The notes below the pieces were generated by a model that saw nothing but the letters and a program-made list of their open reading frames with translations, made no database searches and was not told the DNA's origin. A stretch of DNA of 64,000 nt from Setoptus koraiensis (Eukaryota; Animalia; Arthropoda): assembly GCA_048013815.1 (NCBI GenBank), contig CM106585.1:4278001-4342000 (forward strand), in the 5' to 3' direction. Shown one piece after another: positions 23,845 through 37,500 of the stretch. How positions within the stretch are numbered: position 1 is the stretch's first letter; each line of letters opens with the position of its first letter. A program made the translations under genes and the position numbers.

Positions 23845-26656
23845 ATGGCGAGATACAATCCAAATCTTGTATTATTGGCCACTATGACAATGGTCACCCT
23901 GGACTATCAAATGCAACACGCTGTTGCCGGCTCGGACCTGATCAAACCTGTAGATGAAGGAAAACATTTCGAAGGGAATTCTAGCGTAGCCAAATACGGT
24001 CAAAGTGCCCCTACGAAAGATGACCAGCATCATCCAGAGTCCAATGTCAGCTCGATAGTGGATGGGCTGAATCTGGCGTTTATCAATCTGGAGACCGAGG
24101 AATCGATGTTAGAATATCCATCAACTGAGAGGCGCTATTATGATCTAATTTACACCGCCAATTACGTGACACTGAAAAATTTCCTCACATTTGAGTATAA
24201 CTCAGGCGAAGGCAAAATTCAAGATGAGAATCAGCTAGATATGAGTGGCTTGCCTGTGGCGGACAAAGGCAAATGTTATCGGCATCTCGATATGATTGTG
24301 CAGCATATGAATGGAAGCAACAATAACGATAGCAACAAAGATGCCGAGGAAAATACCCACAATATACAACAGACGGATAGACGAGATAGTTGTGATTTAG
24401 GCGATGAATTTAACGATTATTTGAATACTTTTGGTAGTCCAGCCAACAAGGAAGCTCTGACGAGCGGAAATACATTCCTCGGACACTATGGCAGTTGCTT
24501 GAAAACTCGCCTGGTGCTGCCAGGCGGGCGCCAGCAGGCTGACGAAGCTGTGATTCGAATGAGATATTGTGTAGGCAATGCGAAATTGAACGCTTGGTCC
24601 CAATGGAAATTGTCGCCAGAGGCCGATCCAGATTACGAGCCATTCATCCATTTTGGTCTATGTTTGCCAGAATCGTGTGACACTAGATCTTTGAATGAAG
24701 ACAAACAATTGAAAGCGTTCGCTCAACAACTCATGCTCGCCAATTTGCCAGACAGATTCTTCAACAAACAATTGTATCTAGACAACACCTATTGTTTACC
24801 CGACGAGAGAAGTCCGTCACGTCAGTTAGATTGGAAAGCAAACACTCTCATCGGACTGTTGGCAACATGGATTCTTTTGCTCGCAATTTGCACCTACAAA
24901 TACGAGTATCACGTGCTGAACTCGAAGAGGAGACACATGGCTGGAGTGTCTTCGAATACGAACAGTCCGTCGAAATATTACAATATTTACAGAGCGCTCA
25001 GTGTGAGAACGGCGTTAGCCGATTTGTTTCTGACGGAGCCAGAGGCTAGGTTGAAATATTCAGATAGGCTGAACGAAATTGTCGGAGACAAGAATGACTC
25101 AATCTTTATTGTGCGTCGTGGACGAGCCAAGCCTGCTGAGGAGGACGCGAAAAGAGCGAGCTATCGAGTCAATCTGGACCCTCTGGCCGGTATCAAAGCT
25201 ATTACAATGATTTGCGTTGTAGTGGGCCATTCTTTCTTGTATATTATCTTTGTCACAAATGATAAAGTAGAATACTTCAGAGATGAGTTGAAAGAAAGCG
25301 CCAGAAAGTTGCTCATGATCTCTTTCACAATGTTGGTCGATACATTCTTTGTTATATCGGGAATGTTGATGGTGTTTTTTGCGCTGAAAAGGATATACTT
25401 TAGACCGTTCAAACTTATGCCTATGTCGTTTTTTGGATCGGTCCAATTCTGCGCCATGTTTACAATGACAAGATATCTAAGATTGATGCCTTTGTTCCTG
25501 TTGTATCAATTATTTATCAGATACATCCTTAAATACATCTCGCACGGACCACTATGGGACTACGCCACCTCTCACAAGGGCTATCATTTGACTTACGGTA
25601 AATTCGAGCCCTGGTCTAGGGTCTTGCTCGCCTTGACCAATATGACTCCCTATCTCAAGACAGCAATGAATCAAGCTTGGTGCATCTCGATCGACATACA
25701 GTCGACCCTTATTTTGGGCCCGCTAATATTGCTAACAGTGAGGTGAGTAGATGTACTTTTACAATTGGCTTGGCTATTTCTTCTGACTACTTAATTAGAA
25801 CTGAATATATTATTATCTGACTGTCCCGATCAATGTCGTCTGCTCTGCTAGAAAACAGCGTCTTTCCTACATGTTGTGTGGCTTCCTCTGCCTTGCCAGT
25901 CTACAGTTAGGCTACTATGCGACCAAGGCCTACGGTGACATAGTCACAAACCAGGATGTCTTAGCGATGGGTGTCAGTCTAGAGATCAAATTTATGAAAT
26001 TTGCCAGCTTGGCTTACACTTCGATCCTTCCGCGGCTATCCATATTTGTTATGAGTGTCATATTTGGCCATCAATTGTACTTATATGACACCCGCTCTAA
26101 ACAGATAGCAAGCAAGCAAACTAACAAGCCAAATTGGCCTAACTGGTTGATTAGCGACAATTTTTTTATTTGTTGCATCAGTACACCAGTGATCATTTTG
26201 CTAATAACCTCTAGTTACTATTATTGGAATCCATTACTAACCGATTGTGGGATAACTCTACTCAACAAGGATTTCTTCTTCTTCATTTACGTTGCGCATC
26301 GATTTGTTTGGTCCGTATCACAGGCAATTGTAGTGTTTAGACTAGTCACGGACAAGCAGAACAGCTTGATGGCCAAATTTCTATCACTGCCATTCTGGAA
26401 GATATTATCCAAATTGAACTATTCCATTCTCATGAGCCATATGACGGTCATATTCCTCAGAATTTTTCTTCTCGAGCAATTTCCACCGGCCCCGGGACTA
26501 TTTGAATCTTCCTGTATCATCTTCATCTATAGCGTGACACTAGCCTTCGCTACCTACATTTGTTTTGAATATCCCATCGATAGATTGGTCCGGTTGACAA
26601 TTGGATACAAGTCAGCCCATCATCCAAGCTCAAAAAAAATAACCACAGTGCAGTAG
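23845..26656 (+). CDS. NRF-6-like O-acyltransferase (NRF domain + acyltransferase-3), 900 aa (exons 23845-25742, 25852-26656)
   Basis: Signal/anchor, FLGHYGSC, FGLCLPESC (NRF domain), LAGIKAITMICVVVGH, VDTFFVISG, RYLRLMP, WCISIDIQ, LSKLNYSILMSH, FEYP motifs. Confidence 0.9.
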
Positions 26657-27546
26657 AGCTGACTTGCCGCTGGTCAGTTGATCGTTATACTCATATTAGT
26701 TGCTGTTTTCGTCAAATAAATTATACTTTAGAAAATCTAATCAACGAGTTGAAAGCCAATGCCTTAAAAGCTAAAATCACCGCCTCTATCAATGTCCACT
26801 TGAGTGAAACGAGTGGCCAGTTACTATAGGCGAGCATTCAATCTCATTTGAGCCGAATTCGAGCCACGTACTGTAGATAAATCGGAATGAAGAATGAGCC
26901 TGCTCGCATGATTAATAAGATTTTTTTGTTGCGTCAAATCATACAGTGTAGTCATGTAGTTGAATTTTGTGTGTGGATTTTCCACCCAGATTTTACATAA
27001 GCTATTATGCAACACGTTTTCGCTGGAGATCAGAAAACGACAAAAAACTTAAAACCATCGGTCCGATATTTAAATTGCACCTAGTTGAGTTATTCAAAGT
27101 TCATTTTGCACATTTGATAGTTCAAACGTGCTCGGATGCTAGGCAATCTAGGCTTGGAATAAAGCCATTTTTGCCGCCAAATTTTGATCCCTCGGCCATT
27201 GCTCCAATTCCTATTGTCAACATTTATCTATCAAACGTCTTCGGCCTGGAATTTGAAGGCCCCTAGAGTCGGTTTTTTCAGATGTTACGAAAATAACATT
27301 GACATTTCTATTTCGGACACCATGTGCACATCTAAGTATCGTAACAATATTCATCTATAAATAGTTCCAATGTTGAAAGAGACGAGAAGCATTAAAGACT
27401 GACTATGAGCAGTTTAGTGAATCGTCATTAGTTTATTTCAAAGATATGACAGCAACAATAATTTAGATTCATTCAAGAACTCTTTAAAATATCACCAATT
27501 ATTAAAGATTGAATATAACTCAAAGTGATCAATCGGTGCGTCAAAC

Positions 27547-28074
27547 ATGGCTACTCAATGGATGTTTTCACTGGCGATATGCGTGATAATTTTTCTTGGA
27601 TCGGTCGATGCCAAGCCCTACAAATTCGATGAGTTGGTAGAAAAAGGATTGGTCAATGTTCTCTCCGATGAAGAAGTACCATTGCATAAAAGAGAATATG
27701 CAGAAGATGCTAGACTAAAATACGACTATGATTTTGGTCTTGAGCCAGAGGAACACAAAATTAAAATAGATAGAAAGGTTAAGTTGAGAATTTCTGACAA
27801 ATTTCTGATGTCTTCCTATATAGCTTGGACAGATCGAATAAGAGAAATAAGAATAAGACAAAGAGAGGAATATATGAGAATGAAAGAACTGGAGAGGGAA
27901 AATCCCAGTAAACTGACCGAAATCGCAGAATTGAGAGATGAGATTGATGATGGGGATGAGTGGATCGGCACGTATTACGATCGATTGTTTGATATCGACA
28001 GTCAGGTTCGCTCTCAGCCGAATCACGCCGTGCTGCCTAGGTCATCTGGCCAGGACCTTCATGTTATTTATTGA
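27547..28074 (+). CDS. Orphan secreted protein, 175 aa, single exon
   Basis: ATG-initiated ORF with classic signal peptide (MATQWMFSLAICVIIFLGSVDA-K) and a charged, probably helical mature region; no family recognised. Confidence 0.6.
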   Translation: MATQWMFSLAICVIIFLGSVDAKPYKFDELVEKGLVNVLSDEEVPLHKREYAEDARLKYDYDFGLEPEEHKIKIDRKVKLRISDKFLMSSYIAWTDRIREIRIRQREEYMRMKELERENPSKLTEIAELRDEIDDGDEWIGTYYDRLFDIDSQVRSQPNHAVLPRSSGQDLHVIY

Positions 28075-28557
28075 AAGCAATTGGTATGGAAAATTCCCGG
28101 CAGTTGTGCATGTTGTTTATCCTCAGTTCAGCATGCATGATTGCAAACGATTGCTCCCGGTTATCCATTGTAGATAATCAGGAATAACATCTAATCTTAG
28201 TTGAAGCATGATGATGATTAAAAAAAAGAATCTAAAATTGATGAAACCTTCTGACAAAAGATGGATCTCGCACCGGAAATTGAAATTGCCCGCAGATAAA
28301 TATGCTCAACATGGAATATATGTGTTAACAAAACCTCAACAATCTATTTGTATCTAGCTACAGGTAATGGCGCGTTTATTAAAACGAACACAACAACGGA
28401 TGACAGTTGTCAGATATTGGGCTTGTGGTGAGCGCAATGCATTTTTGGCGGTATTATAGAAAATTTAATAGTAATATCACAGATTATTGCACCACATTTC
28501 CGCTGAGGCCGCCATGTCTGTATGCAATAGATTATCAATCAATTACTGATTGATGAC

Positions 28558-31500
28558 CTATTGCAACGTCCAACTGTTGAGAGTCATGGGGTTGAGAATG
28601 GTGGCAGAATTTTGCTCATAATCAGCGACTGATTGCTGGTGCTGGTGCTGCAAATCGTTGCGATTATTTTGTTGCTGACAGGCCGCCGCAATCTGTTGCT
28701 GCTGATTGTTTGCTTGGACAAGTGCGATGGGTTGCTGCACTGGCATCGATTTCTGGCAGTTCTGGCCCAGATCGTACCCAGAAGAACAAATTTGATCTTG
28801 ATGCTGGCCATTGGGGTTGTTTTGTAGTTGTTCTAGGCGCCGATGGTGGTGCCTTATGGTGCCATATCGGGCATTTATGTCGTCTAGACTCATTTGCACA
28901 TTGGCGGCATTAATTGCGTGGCTGCGATTGCTGATGAACGTATTCAAAGTTTTGCTTCGGTGTCCGTTTGCGGCGCACGGCTCCGCGTACAAATGATGCG
29001 CACTCATCGATTGGGCCAACGATTGCAGCTTTGGCTCCTCTTCCGGTTTGTCGGTTGCGCAATCGGTTGCGCCCTGGTGGCACATGCCGGAATCGTTCAA
29101 ATTGTTGCCATTGTTTGCCTTGTTTGGTTTTGCGTACAATGTCACGGCGCCGTTGTGAAGCTGATGATCGGGCCCAATATTGCGCCAGGTCGCGTTAACA
29201 GTGGACAGTCGACAATCTTGGTTGAGCGTCAAGTTTTGGCCCACTGTGCGCCCATAGGCGCCATCTATGAATTGCGTGGGCGGCTTACAATTCATGGCGG
29301 CCTCTTGGTTGTATTGTTGCGTCATATGATGCTGCTGCTGCTGTTGTTGTTGGTGCTGTTGGCTTGCCGAAATGGCCAGATCGTTGCCGGTGAAATCAGC
29401 GCCACCGGCCACCATCATGTCGCCGTTGTTGATGGCCGCGGTCAGCTCGTCGTGATCGTGACTCTGATTTATGCTCGTGTCCTGCACGTGCTGCACGTGA
29501 CGATGGTGCTGATTGAAGTGGGCCAGCGTCTTGTAAATTTGATTGGTGCCGTCGATGTTTTGCTGCTGCTGCTTGTTGACAGCGTCTAAAATGTTCATCT
29601 GAAGCGCGTCGCTGTCCTGGTGACCGCCGCTGACCATGCCTGACTGACCATTGACCATGCTCTGATCGCCGGCTATTTGGCCGTAATCGTTCGAGTTCAA
29701 CACGTTGGATTTGTGCGCGAGGCCCAATGCATATCCGGCCGGTTGTTGGATCTGTTCCAGTCTGTTCAGGGCGAGCTGCTGTGCCATCAAGTCTGCGTTG
29801 TTGGCGATGTTCATCAGTCGGCTGTCGGCGTGCAACAGGGTGCCCAAGCGACTCTCGGCGGCCCCATAGTGACTTATGGTGTTTGTGTGGCTGGGGCAGT
29901 ACGAGCTGACGTTGTCGCCGTGCTGATCGCTGGATCCGTTCGACGACGAATGATTTGAGGACGAGGCAAAACTCATCAAAATGCTCTTGTTTTTCCTTAT
30001 AAACCAGCCAAAGGCCAGCATCAAAAACACGCTGGCCATAATGATGCCCACCACCAGACAGAGCCTCAGCAAATTGTTGTTGGCGTAAAGCAACTGTGAG
30101 CCCTGACCGAACGGCGACAACCCAAAATGATGCTGATCGCCGTTGGGGCCGCCGCCGCTCGACGACACAGACGATATTTCGGACATGGATCGCGACTGAC
30201 TTTGCACGAATATCGGATGACCGGCGCCGTCAAGATTGTTGACGCTGACCACGGTCACCATGGACGAGGACAGATTGGCCGTCTCGAAGCTGTACTCTAT
30301 TTCGGTGGTGCCCGCGTCCGACGAGGCGGCCACAATGAGCTGATAATTGGTGGACGACAACAGATTTCGTATGACAAAATCGCTGATTATCTGATGAACG
30401 TTGGGCGATATGGACAGTGTGAGAGCCTCGCTCGACGGGTTATTTTGCTCGTTATTGTTTGGCGGCTGCTGCTGCTGTCTGTTTGCGCTCTGATGGCTGT
30501 AGGAATTTTGGGGCGATTTTGTGGAAAATATCGCATTGCCCGTTATGGTTGTTGTTTGCACCGTTGGGTGCACCTGATGCTCGAGGATAATCCACTGCTT
30601 CTGGCTGACGGTCTTATACTTGAATGTGAAGCTCCTGATGATGCAGCCCGAGCTGTGCCAAGTGTCCAGTTTCAGCAGAACGTAGGTGCTGTTGACAAAC
30701 AGAAAATCCTGAACGTTGGCCGCTATGGGCGGCGTTCCTCGCGTCTTGGTGGCGATTGTTTCGCTTGGCTCGCTCTGACCCAGAGAATTGGTGGCCGTCA
30801 TGAAAATAAAATGTTTACTTCCGCATTTGAGGCCCATCAATGTGTAGGGCGTCGGCTGGCGCCGGTCGATACGTTTCTGTTGCCAATTATTCATGGATTT
30901 ATCATCGCGATAATGGATTGTGTAGAAGGCGAGCGGATCGTCTTGGTCCTCTTCGGCGATGAGGGCGCGCTGCAAGCTTGCCGTCCTGACGACGCCTTGT
31001 GACGACGGCGGCCCCGTCGGCCCCGGCGTCTCGAGGCCGCTTTGAATGGGCGATTTCCTAAACCAGGTCAGCATCACCTGATCGTATGACACGGACACAA
31101 CGTCCACCGTTGGCGAGGTCGGAGGGGCCGCATCCAGAGTGGATATGACGATCGCGTCGCTGCGCGGCCCGGCGCCCACCTTGTTGTAGGCCTGAACTAT
31201 GATCGAGTAGCTGCTCTTCCGTTTCAGATTGGTCAGGTAGCTGGAATAAATTTTCGGCTTGTCCGGCTTGGGGCCGCCAGAGTCCGTCGGCTTGCCTGAG
31301 TCCGGGTCACCGGTTTCGGAAAATGTCACTTTACGGCCATCACTACTAATTAGGCTATTGGCAACAGCAGCGGCGCCACTGTTGCTCATTAAATCGGCAC
31401 CATTATCTAATTGAATATTTTTGTACTGATACTGCTCTTCGTCGGATCGCGCCGAAGTCAATCCGTTATTCATTATTATCACTCCCGACCTGAGCCCAGA

Positions 31501-34500
31501 GTCAGTGTAACTTGTTTGCTCGCTTACGGAGAATTTGCCCATGGCCGACTTGATCATAGAAGCCTGATCGGCTTGCTGATTGGCCGGCCCATTGGAATAA
31601 GTGCTGGCACCGGAAACAGATCTGTAGCCTATGTAATAGCCTCTGATCATTCCGTGTTGCAATTTGGCCAGTGGGGCACGCCATTTCACCTTGAGCGAAT
31701 GCGCCCCCGTTGCTTCGACGCTGACGTCCAACGGGGGCCCGCCGATCACTTCTTCGTCTGTGACAAACTCAATTTGTTCGCTGGGCGCGCTTTGGCCCAC
31801 ATCGTTCTTCGCTATCACCCTGACCAGATATTTGGTGTACGGTTGCAGGCAGCACAGTTCCACCTTTGCGACAACACTGTTTCCGTTGTTGTTGTTGTTA
31901 TTATCCGCTTGCTGCATGGTTGCCGCTGTCGCGCTCAGTGCCTGGCCCGGCAGCGCCCCCTGGGCCCCCATGGGCGCCTCTACGGCCACTTGATGCCAGT
32001 CGCCGTCGCCCGCCAATCTGTTTGCGGCCGCACTCTGATCACTGGCATTGTGGGCCGGCATTGCGGGGGCGTCCAGCAATTGTTGCAGCGCCTTGAACTG
32101 AATCAAATATCGTCTGATCATCATGTTGCCCGCGTAGGGCGTCCAAAAGGACAGTGTGGCGCTGCGCGCCAAAACTCGGGCCGGTCTCAGTTCTTTGGGC
32201 GCCTCGGGCGGCTCTTGAATGATGAGCTGCAGCTTGGTGTCGTCGCTGCCGAACTGGTTGGTCGCTATACAAGTGTACAGCGCCGAGTCGTTGCGATCGG
32301 CCTCGTTGATGGTCATTCGAGACTCGAATATGTTCGCCTTCGACCGGTGCTCGGACACAATGTATCGGTTGTCGTTGATGAGATCGATTTGTTGCTTGCC
32401 CTTCTGCCAGCCGACAATCATGGGTTGATCGCCGTACACCAGACACCTGAGCTCGACGCGCTCGTTTATCTTGGCCGTTTGAGCGTAAAATTTGTGCCTA
32501 AAATACGGGGGCACATTGATGGTGACTTTGAACACTTTCGACAGGCCCGATCCGATGCCGTTGGCCACCTCGCACATGTATTGTCCGGCGTCAGTTTGAT
32601 CCACTTGCTCTATGATTATTGTTCCGTTTGACAAAATTCTCTGCCGATAATTCGAAATGATCTCAGTGAACTCAATTGGCGCCATCTGTCGTTGTGCGCC
32701 ACCGTCTGAGTCTGGTTGCATGGGCGCACTTCCGGTTTGCGAGTCGCTCGCCGTCGGTTGAAGTTTGCCGGTCAAGTAAGTGCCTGCCGCTGCCGCTGAT
32801 ACTGCTGAGCTTTGTGGCGTCCATCTATTTTCCATGTTGAATTCACTTTGAGACCATATGAGCGACCGATCTCTTTTCCACGATACCCCTGGCGGCGGGT
32901 AGCCCTGAGCAGAGCAATCTATTTGCAATTTGTGGCCCAATTGAACGTTTTGATTGGCCGGCTCTAGCGACCAAACGGGCGCCACGTTGACCACTATCCT
33001 GGTGGAGCGCACCACTTGGCTGACGTCGTTTTTGGCCGAGCACGAGTACATTCCGCCGTCGTTGAACGTTATCTTTTTGAATGTCAACAGCGAGCTGTCG
33101 TCGAGATTGTGCACCGATATGGACTCGTCCGCGCTGGTTTGCATGGACTCCACGATGTCCTGATGGTAGATCCGCTTGAACCTGCATGAAATAACGAAGC
33201 GATATATCGCGAGTTGATCGGGGGTTGTAATCGTCACAATTCATCGTTGATTCAAAGATTTGATCTGCATTTATTAATTGAAATTTATTGACAATCTCAC
33301 TGAGATCTCACTGAGATCTCAGTGAGTGAGTCAATAAACTCAATAATAAATTTTGATCTCACGAACTGCAAAAATTATAATCACTCACCATTTGATTTCC
33401 ACGGGCTGGTCGCCCTGCACCACGGAGCAGATCAGCTTGATCCGCATGCCCTCGTTGGCCTGAATTATCTCCGGCAACGATTGCGCATCTATTAGCGGGG
33501 CCACCCTCACTATCACTTGCAATCTGCCCACCAGTGCGCCGGCCGAATTGTCATTTTCGGCGCCGGCTGAATTAATTTGGGCATCGCCCGTGGCGGGCTC
33601 ACCGTCGGCCGGCTGTCCGGCGTTGCCCGAAGTGACCCGACAAGAGTATATTCCGTCGTCTGTTATGCGCTCGACATTTGTCAATTCCAACTGGCCGCCC
33701 ACGCTCTGGCTGATCGGTTCTAGACGCTGTCTGTGGTTCACGGGCAACCGTTGACCGTTGTGGAACCACGTTATCGACGATATGGGGTACCCTACCACGG
33801 GACACTGAAGCGACGCTTTCTGGCCCGCGATCAGCGTCAAATTTGTCGCTTGGTAGGGCCTCACCACGGGCTCCCCGAGCACGTTTATGCGCGCCTCGTG
33901 GCTGACCGAATCCAACGAGTTACTCGCCACGCACTTGTATCTGCCCCCGTCCATCACGGCTATGGAGCTTATATTCAAATAGCTGGTCACCTTGCCGTTG
34001 ATGCCCGATATGGAGCCCAGCCTGAAGCGGCCGTTGTCTGCGGCAATCACCAATTGGGGCTCCTTGTTGTCGGCATCGCCTGTATCGGCGCCGCTGTCGT
34101 CACCGTTCACCGGAACTAGTTGTGAGGCGTCGTCGTTGAATTTCATCTGTTGTTTTTTCGCTGGTTTCTGTTCGGTCGACACCGAGGCAACATAGCTGAA
34201 TACGCCCGCGTCCGCCGCCACATTGGACGAATCCGACTCTTTGCCATTATCCGAGTTGGCCCTCATCATATCCAGCACTGGCTCGCCGTCGAGCTGCCAC
34301 GTGATGTCGGGCCTCGGCAGCCCAGTGGCCGTGCACTTGAGCGATATCTCTTGGCCCTGCTTCACAACTTCGGACGCAAATCGACTGTTCAGAGTGGGGG
34401 CGCTGTTGCCCAAATCGAGCTGAACACTCGATTGGGCCGACCTAAGCCGATCTCTTTGGCTAGAGAACTGGTACTCGTGATATCGTTGATTCAACGAACT

Positions 34501-37500
34501 ATAATCTGGTGCGCTAATGTGTTGATCATGCAAAATATTGATTGATTTCAAACGTTGAGTTGTCGTAGTGGCCGTAGTGTCATTGTCATACTTGATGTAA
34601 TTCAAGAAATTTTTTAGCAGCAACTTGGAAATAATTGGATCGGCGCCAGATTTCATCGAGTCTGCCTGATTGTTGCTCGCTGTTGTCGCTACTGTTTGCT
34701 GATGGCCGATGGCCGACGAGTGGGCCCCATTGTTGCCGTTCGAGCTGGACGACGAAACAAAACATTGATACACTCCTCTGTCCGAGGGTCGAACGGCCTC
34801 TATTGTTATCACATTTGGTTGAATCAATTTGATTCTCGCATTTCCCTTGTAGGACTGAGCCGGATTCAATGGAGACGACGGCGATTTTATCACCCTGCCG
34901 CTATCTGATCCTTGCTGCTCTTGCCAGCTGTTGAATACGGGCGCTAGTTGGACATCGACGAAAGTGGAAAATAATTGCTCGGAATTCTTGTACCAGCTTA
35001 TGGTGTCGTAGGGATAACCGTTTATGGTGCAATTAAGCAAAACGTCTCTACCCACATCGGCCACCACGAGCGATCTCGACGGAAGTCGCTGAATGGAAGG
35101 AGGTGACGACAAATGGGTCACTTTTTGATACGCCTCCAGTTGCGCTGTAAGAGAGCTGGATGAAACCACCACCGTGGACAGAATTCTTTCCTTGGAAATT
35201 CCGTTTGAAGCATCACAATAATATATACCTGCAAATAACGGTTTGATAGAGTTGGCTCGATTATTATTTTGTGTTGTGTTTGCAGTGTTCCATTTAGAAA
35301 AAAAAAATCTTTTGTCTTGCATAAAATTGATTGAAGGATTGACCAAAGAAAACCGAGCAAACTGAATCTATGTCGCTACTATGTCTGGTCGGCAAGCAAC
35401 AGGCGATTTGTTGACGCGATCGACATGCCACAGCTAGGGGGTGCGAGTGAAAAATTGAATCTCGACGGTCCGAATGCTGTTCGACAGAATAGCGCAAGGT
35501 CGAAAGTTGGAATTTACAATTCATTTTGTCTAATTCTAATTTTTCGGAACGGAATTTTTATTTTTTCAAAAATATAAAGTAACGAAAAATAAATTCTGAA
35601 TTCTTATTTTCGACCTCATGCTGTTCTGGCGAGCCATAATCGCCGACTATTGATCGGTCGTTCGCGGTTTGACCTCTCGAACCCAAACCCACAACTATCG
35701 GCTGCCATCAGCGTGCAACTTCCCGGAAATTTTTTCCCGTTGACCAAGCCAACTGTAGTGCAATGACATTGCCCAGAAACACTTTCATCGTCGCGCACTC
35801 ATGCGGTCCAACTCAAATGAATGAAACTATTTTTCGGATAAAAAGTGATTGAAAGTATGATTTGATCAAAATGGAAAGAATACCAGAGAAGGGATTAAAT
35901 CTTGGCGATCATCAGCGTATCACACACAAAATTATTATGCACAACGTAAATTTGTCTGATGCCGTTGCAGGGCAAAAGAGGTGGAAAATTGTCAATTCCA
36001 ATCGATCGGATACATTCTAATGGGTGTAAGAAAATGGATGAAAACGTGCGAAAGAACAATAATAAGAATTTGTGATATGGAACTCGCTACTTACCTGAAT
36101 CTTTTGTTGTGGCACTGTCAATCACAAGACAAGAATCATGCTGAAATATTCTATTGGGCTTGAAGTTTTGCTCGGCCAGATTAGTCACAGAATCTGTGGA
36201 GAGCATTCGATTTGGCGAGAACATTTGGTCGTCTTTGGCCCCAGAATCACCTGTCTTCGCTTGGACGAATGAAGACAGATCGACAAACTCATTTTTTCTG
36301 TTGCTATTATCACCATTGTCATCTTCATTTGTGTCCCTGTTGAGCAGTTTGCTGACCAAATAATCTAAATTATCATTACTATTTTCATTGTTGTAATTAT
36401 TGGCATCAAAATTCAATTTGTGCCACCTATATTTGGTCAATGGATTTGATTGGACAGCGACGCATATTATCACAGTCTCGTGCTCCCTGCTCCACACAAT
36501 CGGATGCGAGTCAATCAATCTCATGGGAAGGTCGCCGTTTGGCTCTGTTGAAAAATTGATTTTGAGATTTCGATCGCGCGCGCAGCGGAAAAAAAAACAA
36601 TGAGATCAGCCTATGTATGTATCAAAGTTGAAAAGAAAATCAAAGTTTGCAGATTTTCTCGCTGCTTACCGTTAACTATGAGTCGGCCGCCCACTACACT
36701 TGTCACCTGTTCTAGTGTCAATTTGTGTCGCGTTCGGCACCTGTAGAAGCCCGCATCCAGCTTGGTTGTGTTTTTGATGTACAGCTCTCCGCTAGGGAGC
36801 ATCATGTAACGCGTCAGTTGTTGCTTCGCCTGATTGTGCACAACGGAATCCAACAGAGTTGAGCCTGGCAAGATGCAATTATATACCGATATGCACATGA
36901 TACATAATGGGGGATAATGCGATAATGCCGATGAGTATCATCTGATATTTCCGGAACTGGTTGTTATGATATTACATAATATTAGTGACGGATGGTGGTT
37001 GTACTTACTGGAATTTATGCCCACCACAGTTTGATCATCCTTGAGCCAGGCGACGATTTCTACGTGCTCACGAATAAACAAGGGCACTTGACACCTGAGA
37101 ACGGCCGTGTTGCCGGAAATGACAAATTCGTCATATACTTCAATCCGATAAGATTGGTCCACCACTGAATATGTATGGGTGCATTACGAAAGAGAGCAAT
37201 GAGATAATCAGGTTCAATGAACGGCTAGTAATGATCCGATTAGATCGTCTGCAAACCGAGAGAAGTTTCCAGAAATTTCCAGAAGTTTACCGAAATTTCC
37301 AGAAATTTCCAGAAATTTTGCATCGTCTGCGAACATGCACAATGAGCCTGAACTGACTGGAGGTCAGCCGATGAGCTTATCTGGAGTGTGAGTCATGCTT
37401 AGTTTATGATATTCAATCACGAGACCGTTTTTTTTTCAAGGGGAACAAAATCTGCTGTTTATTTGCATCGCCAGTCTCGTGAGCAGAAACACAACATTTC

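Noticed and set aside
28894-32631. Plus-strand ORFs of 231, 291 and 406 aa
   Set aside because: Antisense shadows of the Dscam mega-exon
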